This document shows positions 49,908 to 61,407 of a stretch of DNA of 64,000 nt, piece after piece; position 1 is the stretch's first letter, and every line of letters starts with the position of its first letter. The notes beneath the pieces are model-generated. The model was not told the DNA's origin. It worked only from the letters and a program-made list of their open reading frames with translations, and did no database searches. This stretch comes from Campylobacterota bacterium (GTDB lineage: Bacteria; Campylobacterota; Campylobacteria; Campylobacterales; Arcobacteraceae). The DNA lies in assembly GCA_051746405.1 (NCBI GenBank), contig JBNJFB010000001.1, forward strand, positions 118,335 to 182,334. The letters run 5' to 3'. Both the position numbers and the translations under genes were made by a program.

Positions 49908-50972
49908 ATGAGCATATTAACAAAGTATATACTAAAGAAATATTTATTAAATTTTATTATTGTTTTAATCTCTTTAGAGCTTTTTTTTGTAGGAATTGAT
50001 TTTTTACAAAACTTTAAAGATTTGCCAAACTCTGCAAACTTGCAGCTATTATATATTTTATATAATGCATTTTTTACACTAACATTAGCACTACCATTAT
50101 CTATTGTTTTTGGCTGGATTATTACTATTGTATCATTTACTAAAAATAATGAACTAGTTGCATTTAGAGCTCTTGGTAGTACAAATAGTAGTATTTATTC
50201 TCCTGTTTTAAAAATATCAATATTTTTAATAGTTCTACTAGTTGGACTTCAAATGACACCTTTAGCTTACTCCTATGACCAAAAAAGAAAGATTGCAAAA
50301 GGGGAGTATTTTATAAGTACAAAAGAGGATATTTTCTTAAAGTATGATAATAAATATATATATTTCGAAAAACTTCTACCTTTAGAAAAAAAAGCCCAAA
50401 ATGTACATATTTATACAGTTGAAAATGATGATATTACAAAAGTAATTATTGCTAAAAATGCTCATTTTCAAAATGATAGATGGTATGTTGTTAATGCAAA
50501 GATTATTAATAAACCAAAAGATATAAATTTTCAAGGTAGTAAGCTAGATATTAGATTTGAGAAGTTTCTACACACACTTGAGGGATTTAAACCAAAGATT
50601 TTAGACAATGTTTACGAAACGAAATCAAACTTCTCTATACTTGATGCAATTTCTGCTTTTGTACTTTTATCAAATCAAGATATTAATACAGACAAAATAA
50701 GAGGAGCAATATATAACCAAATGATTGTACCTTTTTTTGTAATACCACTTCTATTGGTGATTTTTTCATATGCATCACTAAGTAGTAGATTTTTTAATAT
50801 GGGAAGGTTTGTCTCTTTTTCCATATTTGGTACATTAATAGTTTGGGGAGTTTTCTTTATGCTATATAAGTTTACAAGTGGAGGAATTATAATGCCAGAG
50901 GTATCTATACTTCTGCCGATGTTTATATGGTTGGTATTATCTTTTTATATATATAGAAGAAAAACAGCTTAG
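49908..50972 (+). CDS. LptF/LptG family LPS export permease
   Basis: 3 TM, periplasmic domain, 3 TM; NELVAFRALG. Confidence 0.88.
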   Translation: MSILTKYILKKYLLNFIIVLISLELFFVGIDFLQNFKDLPNSANLQLLYILYNAFFTLTLALPLSIVFGWIITIVSFTKNNELVAFRALGSTNSSIYSPVLKISIFLIVLLVGLQMTPLAYSYDQKRKIAKGEYFISTKEDIFLKYDNKYIYFEKLLPLEKKAQNVHIYTVENDDITKVIIAKNAHFQNDRWYVVNAKIINKPKDINFQGSKLDIRFEKFLHTLEGFKPKILDNVYETKSNFSILDAISAFVLLSNQDINTDKIRGAIYNQMIVPFFVIPLLLVIFSYASLSSRFFNMGRFVSFSIFGTLIVWGVFFMLYKFTSGGIIMPEVSILLPMFIWLVLSFYIYRRKTA

Positions 50973-50989
50973 AAAAAAGGTTTATTTAA

Positions 50990-51436
50990 ATGAGATCACA
51001 CGAGAAAGCTTATGGTATTGTTTTATATTTGGTTCAAGAAAATGATATAAAAATACTACTATGCAAATCTGTTAAAAGTAAAAATAATTGGGGTTGTTTA
51101 AAAGGTGTAAAAATAAAAGACGAAACAGCTTTTGAATGTGCAAAAAGAGAGTTTTTAGAAGAGAGTTCAATTGAGGTTGAAATTGTTTTATTTGAAGACT
51201 ATTTTGAACAAATAAACTTAGATAAAGATATTGGTATATGGCTTGTAAATGCCAATAATATTGATAATTTAAATGAAAAGTTTGCTGATTATACACTAAA
51301 TAGCAACTGTCTTTCTTGGGAAAACTCAAAGGTTAAGTTTTTTTCACTAGATAAACTTCCATCTATAAAGAAGAAACAAACAAAGCTTGTCTCTTCTATT
51401 AAGGATTTTTTGAAAAGTAAGAGTCTATCCCGTTAG
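50990..51436 (+). CDS. NUDIX hydrolase
   Basis: KG....ETAFECAKREFLEES Nudix box. Confidence 0.82.
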   Translation: MRSHEKAYGIVLYLVQENDIKILLCKSVKSKNNWGCLKGVKIKDETAFECAKREFLEESSIEVEIVLFEDYFEQINLDKDIGIWLVNANNIDNLNEKFADYTLNSNCLSWENSKVKFFSLDKLPSIKKKQTKLVSSIKDFLKSKSLSR

Positions 51437-53087
51437 CCATTCCTTTGGCTAAGTAATCTTGGTATCTATTACTATAAAGTCTTTTACCCTCAGTTGGGTG
51501 AGAAATATATCCCATCTCAATTAAAATTGAAGGCATTTGAGCACCTACTAGTACCCAAAATGGACCCTCTCTAACACCTGAGTCTCTAACTCCTTTGTAG
51601 TGAGGACTTATTGATTGTAAAAGCCCCGCTTGTACATCAATAGCAAGTTTATGGGAAGCTGTAATTCTTGGTCTATTAAGTGACTCTAAAAATGCTTGCT
51701 TTGAAGAACTACTCATTTTTCTTATATCAAAACTATTCTCCTTTGCAGCAACTCTTTTTGCCCTTGCACTTCTAGCAGGACTTAAGAAAAATGTTTCAAT
51801 ACCTTTAACCTTATGTGCTTTGCTTTTTGCAATTGCATTTGCATGAATTGATAAAAATATATTAGCATCTTTTTTATTTGCTAAAATTGTTCTATTTCTT
51901 ACTTTGATAAAGTTATCTTTATCTCTTGTTAAAAAAACTTTATAACCTCTTCTTTTTAAAATATTATAAAGCTTTTTTGCTACTTTTAGGGTTACTACTT
52001 TTTCATACTTTTTACCTGAACCCACTGCACCAACATCATTTCCACCATGTCCTGGGTCTATTACAACAACTTTATTTTTAGAAGAGGCTGCTCTTCTTGT
52101 AGTGGTATCTAAATTTAAAAGCTTTATTATAAGTGAACGTTTATTTAAAATATAGATTACTTTCAAATCTTTCTCATCTGAAATTCTTATTTTTAATGTA
52201 TTTGAATCATCTTGCATTACTAAAATTCTATTAAGATTATTTATCTCTAGTTTTATTGGCATAGCGTATTTAAACTTACCTTTTATTTTAAACTCATCAA
52301 AGTACAAACCACTTTTTTTATAGGTTCTATAGCTTTTAATATCATTTTTAGATATATTTTTATTAAACTCTACTACTATCTTATTTTTATCTGTATACAT
52401 AGTTTTTATTGAGTTTTTAGTATCAATATATTTATTAGGTTTTTTCTCTTTTTTTACTATTTTTTCAGGAGTGTTTTTTATAGCTAAATCATCAATAGTT
52501 ATAATAACTTGCTTATCATCAATGAAGTATGAGGTTTCAAGATTTTTTTTATTGTCAATTACTACTCTTAATGTATATGGTTTAAACTGTCCTATTACTA
52601 TATTATCCACGCCATCAATAGATATTTTTGTATCTTTTGCATAAATAAAGTTACCCTCTAAATCATATACATCTTTTGTTGAAGAGTCCCTTTTAAGTTC
52701 AAAGAATCTTTTCACATAAGATTTCTCTATTTTCTTAGTATAATTTATTACAATATTATTTTCTAAAGTATAAATAGATTGAATAGGGTTTTTACCATAA
52801 CCTTTTTCTTTAGAGACTTTATTTATCTGTTTACCAAGGGATACATTCTCCCTTTCTAGTAGTATCTCTAGTTTCTTTCTATCAGGAGTTGTATCTTTAT
52901 TGAGTTTTTCACCTAATTTGATTAAGTTTCTTAACTCTTCTATCTTTTTTTCATTATCTTTTTTTAATACAGCCTTTAAGTATCCCATTCTTGATGAGTG
53001 ATATTCATCTTTTATGCTGTTTGCATTTATACCACTAGGAAGTAGTATAAATACTAAAAAAATGAAAATAAAAATATTTCTATAAAT
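51399..53087 (-). CDS. amiA: N-acetylmuramoyl-L-alanine amidase (Amidase_3), probable ATT start
   Basis: IDPGHGG.D.GA, EK, SIHAN, ILIEMGY; in-frame upstream extension to 53087 supplies a signal peptide. Confidence 0.88.
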   Translation of the reverse strand: MYRNIFIFIFLVFILLPSGINANSIKDEYHSSRMGYLKAVLKKDNEKKIEELRNLIKLGEKLNKDTTPDRKKLEILLERENVSLGKQINKVSKEKGYGKNPIQSIYTLENNIVINYTKKIEKSYVKRFFELKRDSSTKDVYDLEGNFIYAKDTKISIDGVDNIVIGQFKPYTLRVVIDNKKNLETSYFIDDKQVIITIDDLAIKNTPEKIVKKEKKPNKYIDTKNSIKTMYTDKNKIVVEFNKNISKNDIKSYRTYKKSGLYFDEFKIKGKFKYAMPIKLEINNLNRILVMQDDSNTLKIRISDEKDLKVIYILNKRSLIIKLLNLDTTTRRAASSKNKVVVIDPGHGGNDVGAVGSGKKYEKVVTLKVAKKLYNILKRRGYKVFLTRDKDNFIKVRNRTILANKKDANIFLSIHANAIAKSKAHKVKGIETFFLSPARSARAKRVAAKENSFDIRKMSSSSKQAFLESLNRPRITASHKLAIDVQAGLLQSISPHYKGVRDSGVREGPFWVLVGAQMPSILIEMGYISHPTEGKRLYSNRYQDYLAKGMANGIDSYFSKNP

Positions 53088-53088
53088 T

Positions 53089-54168
53089 TTATTCTCCCTT
53101 AGTTAATTTTTCCATTAACTCTTTAACTGATATTATTTTATTTATTTTATAACCATTTGAACCCGTGAAAAACAGTCCTGTTTCAACATCACCATTATAT
53201 GCAGCACCTAATCTATCTGCAATACAGTATCCCACTAACTTTGCTTCATGACCTCTGTTACAAGGTGCAACACAGTTTGATATACATTGAACTTTTGGTG
53301 CTGTATTGTCTTCTATGGCAAACTGTAAATTAGTTTTAACACCCCTTGCAGGAAGTCCAACAGGGGATTTCATAAGTTTTATATCATCTTCTTTTGTATT
53401 CAAAAGTACATTTTTGAAGTTTGCATGGGCATCACACTCGTAAGTTCCTATAAACCTTGTAGCCATTTGTACACCACTACATCCAAGCTTCAAAAACTTA
53501 TCAATATCATTTTTATCCCAAACTCCACCTGCTGCAATTACAGGTATATCTCCCCATTTTTTAGCTTCTTGTATAACAGGTGGTACTATATTTTCTAGCT
53601 TTGATTCTTCTTTAAAACAGTCATCATATTTAAAACCTTGATGACCACCACTTAAAGGTCCCTCAACAATAACTGCATCTGGAAGTTTATTGTACTTTTG
53701 CCATTTTTTACAAATTAGTTTTAATGCTCTTGCACTAGATACAATTGGAACTAACGCAACATCTGGATAATCTTGTGTAAACGAAGGCATATTTATAGGT
53801 AGACCTGCTCCTGTAATTATAATATTTACACCCGCTTCACATGCATCACGCATAACTCTTCCATAATCATTTATTGCATATAAAACATTACATGCAATTG
53901 GTGCATCACCACATATTTTTCTTGTATTTTTTACAATTTCATGAAGTGAGTCTTTATTATAAAAGTTTGCCACATCTTTAGGTTTATCTTTTTTTGTAAT
54001 AACTTGAACATTTTCACTCTTATTTCTATAATAACCTGTCCCAACTGCTGAAATTACACCAAGACCACCTTCTTTGCTAACATTTCCAGCTAATTGATCC
54101 CAACTTATACCTACACCCATTCCACCTTGGATAATTGGATGTTTGATTTCATATTTTCCTATTCTCAA
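53089..54168 (-). CDS. Nitronate monooxygenase/FabK-like flavoprotein
   Basis: PIIQGGMGVG, EGPLSGGH, AAGG, QMATRF, Cys cluster CISNCVAPC. Confidence 0.88.
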   Translation of the reverse strand: MRIGKYEIKHPIIQGGMGVGISWDQLAGNVSKEGGLGVISAVGTGYYRNKSENVQVITKKDKPKDVANFYNKDSLHEIVKNTRKICGDAPIACNVLYAINDYGRVMRDACEAGVNIIITGAGLPINMPSFTQDYPDVALVPIVSSARALKLICKKWQKYNKLPDAVIVEGPLSGGHQGFKYDDCFKEESKLENIVPPVIQEAKKWGDIPVIAAGGVWDKNDIDKFLKLGCSGVQMATRFIGTYECDAHANFKNVLLNTKEDDIKLMKSPVGLPARGVKTNLQFAIEDNTAPKVQCISNCVAPCNRGHEAKLVGYCIADRLGAAYNGDVETGLFFTGSNGYKINKIISVKELMEKLTKGE

Positions 54169-54179
54169 AATTAGCCCTT

Positions 54180-55388
54180 TTACTTTATTAGTATCTTAGC
54201 GAAATTCTTTTTACCTTTTTGTAAAATATACTCACCACTTTGTAAATTTAGTTTTTCATCGCTTACTTTTTCTTGATTTAGTTTTACAGCTCCACCTTTT
54301 ACATCTCTTCTAGCTTGTGATGTAGAGTTTACAAGGTTTGCATCAACTAACGCTTGACATATCCAGATACCATTTTCAAAGCTATATTCATCTAAATCTG
54401 TTGGTATATCTTTTTTTGCAAAAACTTTTTTAAACTCCGCTTTTGCCTTATCTCCAGCACCTTGACCATGATATCTATTTACAAGTTCAACTGCAAGTTC
54501 ATCTTTTGCATCTTTTGGATGAACTTTACCATTAGTAACATTTTCTTTTAACTGTTCAATCTCATTTATTGATTTTGTTGATAGAAGTTCATAATATCTC
54601 CACATCAACTCATCACTTATTGATAAAACTTTTCCAAACATATCAAATGCATCATCAGTAACACCTATATAGTTTCCAAGTGATTTAGACATTTTTTGAA
54701 CACCGTCTAAACCTTCTAATATAGGCATCATTAATACAGCTTGTTGCTTACCACAGTCATAAGCTTTCTGTAGAGTTCTTCCCATAAGTAAATTAAACTT
54801 TTGATCAGTTCCTCCAAGCTCTATATCCGTATCCATTGCAATTGAGTCATACCCTTGAAGTAGTGGATATGTAAACTCACTTACTGCAATTGGTGTATTT
54901 GAAGCATATCTTTTAGCAAAATCATCTCGCTCTAACATTCTTGCAACTGTTAAGTTTGAAGAAAGAGAGATTAATCCAGCTGTACCAAGCTCTTTAAGCC
55001 ACTTTGAATTAAACATGATTTCTGTTTTACTCTCATCTAGTATCTTAAAAACTTGCTCTTTGTATGTTTGTGCATTTTGTAAAACTTGTTGTTCACTTAA
55101 GATTTTTCTAGTTTCACTTTTTCCAGTTGGATCACCAATAGTAGCAGTAAAGTCTCCTATTAAAAACTGAACAATTCCACCATATTTTTGAAATGCTGCT
55201 AGTTTTTGAATAAGTACAGTATGACCAATGTGTATATCAGGTGCAGTTGGGTCAAAACCAGCTTTAACATTAAAAGTTTCACCGGTTTCATAGTATCTTC
55301 TAATAAGTTTTTCAATTCTTTCAATATCAATTATTTCAAAAGAACCTCTTTTTATCTCTTCTAATGCATTTTGAATTTTGTTTTCCAT
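54180..55388 (-). CDS. tyrS: Tyrosine--tRNA ligase
   Basis: [24 protein letters not shown]4 domain; start set at ATG 55388. Confidence 0.97.
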   Translation of the reverse strand: MENKIQNALEEIKRGSFEIIDIERIEKLIRRYYETGETFNVKAGFDPTAPDIHIGHTVLIQKLAAFQKYGGIVQFLIGDFTATIGDPTGKSETRKILSEQQVLQNAQTYKEQVFKILDESKTEIMFNSKWLKELGTAGLISLSSNLTVARMLERDDFAKRYASNTPIAVSEFTYPLLQGYDSIAMDTDIELGGTDQKFNLLMGRTLQKAYDCGKQQAVLMMPILEGLDGVQKMSKSLGNYIGVTDDAFDMFGKVLSISDELMWRYYELLSTKSINEIEQLKENVTNGKVHPKDAKDELAVELVNRYHGQGAGDKAKAEFKKVFAKKDIPTDLDEYSFENGIWICQALVDANLVNSTSQARRDVKGGAVKLNQEKVSDEKLNLQSGEYILQKGKKNFAKILIK

Positions 55389-55413
55389 TAGTACTTTTTT
55401 CCCTTTTACTTTA

Positions 55414-57558
55414 TTAATTTTTATAGGCATCTTTTTTTGAGAAAAATTCAATTACTTTTACTTTTCTCTCTATTATTTTGCGAACTTCTTCAATATTAGG
55501 TTTATTTATTTCAAACTCTATATCACAATATTGTCTATATGAGTGTTTTTGTCTTCCATAATCCACTGATAAAATATATCCTTCATATTGGCTCATATAT
55601 GATAATAGCTTTGCTAGTTCTCCTTTTGTATTAGGTAAACTAACTAACATTTTATAGTGATAAAGTGTATCTTTTGTCCATTTGCAAAACAACATTTGAT
55701 GTCTGTTTTTTATTCTTGTATAGGCTTTATCACACATTTTATGGTGCAATACAGCTTCGTTACCATTTCTAAATGCAACAATATCATCACCGAACTTTGG
55801 ATGACAACAGTGGTCAAATGATACAGAATTTATACTAAAATTCGAATATATTAAGATGTTGTCAAATTTATACTCTTTTATTTTACTAGTTAGTATTTTA
55901 AATCTAGCTACTAAACCTCTGTCTTTAATCATACTTTTTTCAATTGATTGCTTAACATATTTAAAGTAGTCTAATATCAAAGGTATTTTATATGGTGCTT
56001 CTATACTGTGAGTTTTTGTAATTTCATGGTGATATTTAGAGAAGATTGTATCTATAATATTTTTTCCTGACATTTCATCGATTTCTCTTTTTCTGTGTGT
56101 ACATAAAAATTTAATCTGTTTTTTTGCCCTTGATGTTTTAACCATGTCATACCATGTACATCTTGGTATCTCTTTTTCACCTGTAGCAACTGCAACTATA
56201 TCTGTACTTTTTAGTTGGGTTAATAGAGGTTTTTTAATTTTATTTATATAACAACCTATGGCTTTATTTCCTATATCACTATGTATGGCATAAGCAAAGT
56301 CATAAGCAGTTGAACCTAAAGGTAGGTTAAAAGTTTCACCTTTTGGTGAGTAAACTACTATATCTTCACCATGTAAATCATTTTTTGTATCTTGATAGAA
56401 CTCTTCCACATTTTCATTTGAAAACTCCAATGATTTTAGCCAGTTTAGATTTGTAGTATTTTTTGCACCAAGTTTATATTTCCAGTGTGCTGCAATACCA
56501 AACTCTGCAACCTTATTCATCTCAAATGAGCGTATCTGTATCTCATAAATTTTTGAGTTTGAAAAAACAGTTGTATGTATAGTTTGATAACCATTCTCTT
56601 TAGGAGTTGCCACATAATCTTTAAATCTTGAGATTAAAGGCTTAAACTCTAAGTGTATATGACCTAATACATTGTAACAATCTATATCATCTTCAACTAA
56701 GATTCTAATAGCAAATAAATCAAGCACTTCATCTATAGAGACACCTTTTCTTTGCATTTTTAAATAAATAGAGTAGTGATGTTTTACTCTGCTGTAAATC
56801 TTTATTCTATTTAAGTCAAAACCATTTTTTTCAAGTAAATCTTTTGTTGTTGAAATAAAATTATTAAAGTTTAGTTGCATTGCATGCTCTTGTTCTTGTA
56901 GAAACCTATCAACTTTTTCATACTCTTTTGGATAGATATAGTAAAAAGCTAAATCTTCAAGTGCATTTTTTAGTGTGGAAATACCTAATCTATTTGCTAT
57001 TGGAACATAAACTACTAAAGTCTCTTCAGCAATTCTTTTTTGCTTATTAGGTGGTAGTGCTGCTAATGTTAGCATATTGTGAAGTCTATCGCATAGCTTA
57101 ACTACTAAAACCCTAACATCATCAATTGATGCTATTAACATTTTTCTAAATGTAAGTGCTGAAGATATTAGTTTTGTATCATTAGTATTGTTTGAAGGAA
57201 TAAGTTCATTTTCCCGAATCTCAACAATCTTTGTTAAGCCATCTACCATATGAGATACATCACTTCCAAAATTTTCTCTTACAAACTCAAGTGTGTATTT
57301 TGTATCTTCTACTACATCATGAAGTAGTGAAGTAGCTATAATAGCTTCATCTTGTGAAAAGTGTGCGGTAATACAAGCTACTAAAATAGGGTGTACACAA
57401 TATGGCTCACCACTTTTTCTATATTGACCTTCATGGGCTTTTATAATAAAATCAATAAGTTTCTCTATTTTGGGAGTTAATGTAGTTTGATTATGAAGTT
57501 CACTTAAGGCATCTTCAATAGTATTTATTTTTTGAATTTTATTAATAAATGGATCCAT
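55414..57558 (-). CDS. spoT: Bifunctional (p)ppGpp synthase/hydrolase
   Basis: [37 protein letters not shown] and ACT domains. Confidence 0.96.
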   Translation of the reverse strand: MDPFINKIQKINTIEDALSELHNQTTLTPKIEKLIDFIIKAHEGQYRKSGEPYCVHPILVACITAHFSQDEAIIATSLLHDVVEDTKYTLEFVRENFGSDVSHMVDGLTKIVEIRENELIPSNNTNDTKLISSALTFRKMLIASIDDVRVLVVKLCDRLHNMLTLAALPPNKQKRIAEETLVVYVPIANRLGISTLKNALEDLAFYYIYPKEYEKVDRFLQEQEHAMQLNFNNFISTTKDLLEKNGFDLNRIKIYSRVKHHYSIYLKMQRKGVSIDEVLDLFAIRILVEDDIDCYNVLGHIHLEFKPLISRFKDYVATPKENGYQTIHTTVFSNSKIYEIQIRSFEMNKVAEFGIAAHWKYKLGAKNTTNLNWLKSLEFSNENVEEFYQDTKNDLHGEDIVVYSPKGETFNLPLGSTAYDFAYAIHSDIGNKAIGCYINKIKKPLLTQLKSTDIVAVATGEKEIPRCTWYDMVKTSRAKKQIKFLCTHRKREIDEMSGKNIIDTIFSKYHHEITKTHSIEAPYKIPLILDYFKYVKQSIEKSMIKDRGLVARFKILTSKIKEYKFDNILIYSNFSINSVSFDHCCHPKFGDDIVAFRNGNEAVLHHKMCDKAYTRIKNRHQMLFCKWTKDTLYHYKMLVSLPNTKGELAKLLSYMSQYEGYILSVDYGRQKHSYRQYCDIEFEINKPNIEEVRKIIERKVKVIEFFSKKDAYKN

Positions 57559-57572
57559 AAATAACCAATATC

Positions 57573-57597
57573 GTTATAAAAGCTAAGCTTTTATAAC
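57573..57597. terminator. Hairpin between rpoZ and spoT
   Basis: GTTATAAAAGC-taa-GCTTTTATAAC. Confidence 0.5.
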
Positions 57598-57815
57598 TAA
57601 TCTTTTTTGTCTACAAGACCTTCAATTGTCAAAAGCCCAGTTGCTATTTCATCAATTGCTATATCTGTATATTTCATGTTTTGTGTATTTCTTTCTAATA
57701 ATGGCTTTGCACCTTTACTTAACTCATCAGCTCTTTGACCCACTGCAATTGCTAATATATATCTATCATTGTTTGTGAACTTTAAAGCTTTTGTCATTCT
57801 CTCTTCTAATCTCAT
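57597..57815 (-). CDS. rpoZ: RNA polymerase omega subunit
   Basis: DRYIL...QRADEL..GAKP, AIDEIA; between pyrH and spoT. Confidence 0.93.
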   Translation of the reverse strand: MRLEERMTKALKFTNNDRYILAIAVGQRADELSKGAKPLLERNTQNMKYTDIAIDEIATGLLTIEGLVDKKD

Positions 57816-57840
57816 CTTGAAATCCTTATAATTTATTCAT

Positions 57841-58590
<750 letters not shown>

Positions 58591-58611
58591 TTAATACTTC
58601 ATTAACATAAA

Positions 58612-59679
58612 CTAACTTAATGCCCATTCATAAAATGGAACAACTGTTATATTAAAATCATTATGTTTAAGTATTTCACTATTTGATACAGTTATAATAA
58701 AAAGCTCTTCTATTTTATACTCTTGCATGGTTTTATATATCTTTTTTAAAGTGGAGTTCATAAGAATTGTATTAAAAAAAGGAATTGCTACAATAGCTCT
58801 ATTTTCATTTTTTAAATAAAAATCAATATAATCAAGATAATATATATATTTATTTTTATCTATTAGTTCTAGAAAAACCATATTTGAAAATATATTTTTA
58901 AACTTTTTATTATGGCTTATTGCATTTAAAAAAGCATGATTGTAAGTATAAATTTTTTTTACAGCTTTTTGATGTTTATATTTGCTTAAAAAGTATATGC
59001 TTTTTTGTTCTTCAAGCTTTTTACAACTTTCGTAAAATCTATCTTTAGAAATCTTTATTTTTGATTTTAGGGTATTAAAAAGTTGATAGAGTGATTTTTT
59101 TTCATCAATATTTTCAAAAATAACTTTTAATATTTCAAAATCAATATCTTTTTTTGTTTGTAAAAAAAATATTTCTTGAAGTCTTTGTATTTTCCTAAAG
59201 TCATCAATTCCTAAAACCTCTGGAAGATTTCCATATCTAAGAAAATTATTAAAGCTTTGAGTACTATTTTGAAACTTTTTATCATGGAGTAAATACTCTT
59301 CAAAATCTAAAGCTCTTACAGTTATATTTTTAAAACCTTTAATTTTTTTGTTTATCTTTGTTGAGATTATAATATTTTCACAATAAGGAAGGTTAAAATC
59401 AAAATTAAAGCTTTCTAACACTAAAACTTTAATCTTTTTTTCTCTTAAAAAATCATCTAAAAAAGGCTTTATTTCATTTATCTCATTTCTAGGGTCTGCA
59501 AAGTCAATATATAAGTATTCATGGGGCATAAATTTTTGCAAAAAATCATATATTAAGTAGCTTTTACCTGTTCTACTAGCTCCAAGTATTATTGTTTTTG
59601 GATGATTTATTTTTATTTTTCGTTCTATGAAATTAATCTTTGAAAAGTTAATTTCATAGCAAGCTTCTAGAGTTTTCAT
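58612..59679 (-). CDS. AAA_14-like ATP-binding protein, degenerate
   Basis: GASRTGKS Walker A; LDFEEY, YGNLP. Confidence 0.7.
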   Translation of the reverse strand: MKTLEACYEINFSKINFIERKIKINHPKTIILGASRTGKSYLIYDFLQKFMPHEYLYIDFADPRNEINEIKPFLDDFLREKKIKVLVLESFNFDFNLPYCENIIISTKINKKIKGFKNITVRALDFEEYLLHDKKFQNSTQSFNNFLRYGNLPEVLGIDDFRKIQRLQEIFFLQTKKDIDFEILKVIFENIDEKKSLYQLFNTLKSKIKISKDRFYESCKKLEEQKSIYFLSKYKHQKAVKKIYTYNHAFLNAISHNKKFKNIFSNMVFLELIDKNKYIYYLDYIDFYLKNENRAIVAIPFFNTILMNSTLKKIYKTMQEYKIEELFIITVSNSEILKHNDFNITVVPFYEWALS

Positions 59680-59682
59680 AAT

Positions 59683-60609
59683 CTATTTATTTTTTGTAAG
59701 TTCAACAGCTTCTTTTATTGCATTTATATAGCTTTTTGTATTTGCCTTTTGAGTTTTGTCATACGCTATATTAAAAGCTGTTCCATGGTCAACAGAAGTT
59801 CTAATTATAGGTAAGTTTAAACTTACATTTATACTTTGGTCAAAATACAAAGCTTTTAATGGTATTAATCCCTGGTCATGATACATACAAACAAAGTGTT
59901 TATACTCTTTTCTAGATTTTTTCCAAAAAGCTGTGTCTGGAACTAAAGGACCTTTAAAAATATCTTTTTTTAATTTTTTATTTGCAGTTTTTATAGCTTT
60001 GAAAATTTCCACTTCTTCTTGTCCTAAAACTCCATTGTCACTTGCATGGGGATTTACTCCTAAAACTGCAATTTTTGATGCTTTTATATTTGTATAAAAC
60101 TCTATTAAGAAACTACTTAAGTCATTTTCATTAATCTGTTCTACTACTTTTTTTAATGGAATATGGTCTGTAAAAAGTGCAACAAACATCTTTTTACATC
60201 CAAGCATCATAATGGCATTTTTACCAAAATAACTTCTTAATACCTCTGTATGTCCTTTATATTTTATATCTGCTTTATTCCATGACTCTTTATTTATAGG
60301 TAGTGTACAAATAGCATCTACTTCTTTTTTATCAGCTAAATCAACGGCATTCATAAATGAATCATAAGAGTATTTGCCAGCTTTTTTAGTAACAACACCA
60401 GGTTTAATTTCATGTTCACCTTTAAGCTTTGTGATAGTGAAATCTTTTGGAATCTCTAAATTTAGTTTTTTCGCAGCTCTTTTTAGCATCTTGTTATTTA
60501 TACAATAGACTGGTTTACAGTATTTAGATATTTTTTCATGGGATTTTAGCGCTATTTCAATACCAACTCCATTTAAATCTCCTACACTTATGGCTATTTT
60601 TGGTTTCAT
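59683..60609 (-). CDS. pdxA: 4-hydroxythreonine-4-phosphate dehydrogenase
   Basis: GHTE, NPHA, MYHDQG, RTSVDHGTAF. Confidence 0.96.
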   Translation of the reverse strand: MKPKIAISVGDLNGVGIEIALKSHEKISKYCKPVYCINNKMLKRAAKKLNLEIPKDFTITKLKGEHEIKPGVVTKKAGKYSYDSFMNAVDLADKKEVDAICTLPINKESWNKADIKYKGHTEVLRSYFGKNAIMMLGCKKMFVALFTDHIPLKKVVEQINENDLSSFLIEFYTNIKASKIAVLGVNPHASDNGVLGQEEVEIFKAIKTANKKLKKDIFKGPLVPDTAFWKKSRKEYKHFVCMYHDQGLIPLKALYFDQSINVSLNLPIIRTSVDHGTAFNIAYDKTQKANTKSYINAIKEAVELTKNK

Positions 60610-60617
60610 TAATTACC

Positions 60618-61397
60618 TTATTTTATTAAATTTTTCATCTCTATAATCGCATCTTTTAAGCCTGTAAATACTGATCTTGCTATGATGCTTTGTCCTATAT
60701 TTAACTCTTCTATCTCTTTTATGTCTAAAATCATTGGAGTATTTTGATAGTTTAATCCATGACCAGCTGCAACTTTTAAACCTAAATATTTAGCATGTTT
60801 TGAGCAAGTTTGCAACTTTTCTATTGAGCTAGTTAACTTTTTTTGTAACTCTTTTTTTGGTAGTTCTAGCTCTTTTATACTATGATGGGTATTTTTTAAG
60901 TTTGAGTAAAGCATAGCATATATATTTGCAAAACTTCCTGTATGAAGCTCAATCCATTTTACACCTAAATCTTTTGATAGAGCAATTGACTCTTGGGTTG
61001 GGTCAATAAATAGTGAAACTTCTATCTCATTTTCATGAAGTTTATCTATTGACTTTTTGATTTTATCAAAATTTTTATCTAAACTTAATCCACCCTCAGT
61101 GGTAACCTCTTCTCTTTTTTCAGGAACAAGTGTGGCACGGCTTGGTTTGAGTTTACAAACAATATCTATAATCTCTTCATCAATAGCACACTCTAAATTT
61201 ACAGGTAGGGCACTTTGCTTTATTATAACTTTGGCATCATTATCATGAATATGTCTTCTATCTTCTCTTAAATGAATTGTTATTTGATCAGCACCACTTA
61301 ATTTACAAATTGAAACAGCATCTAGTGGGTTTGGGTCATTTATTTTTCTAGCTTCTCTTAAAACAGCAATATGGTCTATATTTACACCTAGTAGCAA
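60618..61397 (-). CDS. pdxJ: Pyridoxine 5'-phosphate synthase
   Basis: LGVNIDH, HLREDRRH, TTEGG, AGHGL. Confidence 0.97.
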   Translation of the reverse strand: MLLGVNIDHIAVLREARKINDPNPLDAVSICKLSGADQITIHLREDRRHIHDNDAKVIIKQSALPVNLECAIDEEIIDIVCKLKPSRATLVPEKREEVTTEGGLSLDKNFDKIKKSIDKLHENEIEVSLFIDPTQESIALSKDLGVKWIELHTGSFANIYAMLYSNLKNTHHSIKELELPKKELQKKLTSSIEKLQTCSKHAKYLGLKVAAGHGLNYQNTPMILDIKEIEELNIGQSIIARSVFTGLKDAIIEMKNLIK

Positions 61398-61407
61398 ATT
61401 CTATCCT

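Noticed and set aside
58612..59679. AAA ATPase as an anti-phage defence gene
   Set aside because: Embedded in a housekeeping operon with a degenerate Walker B and no partner genes
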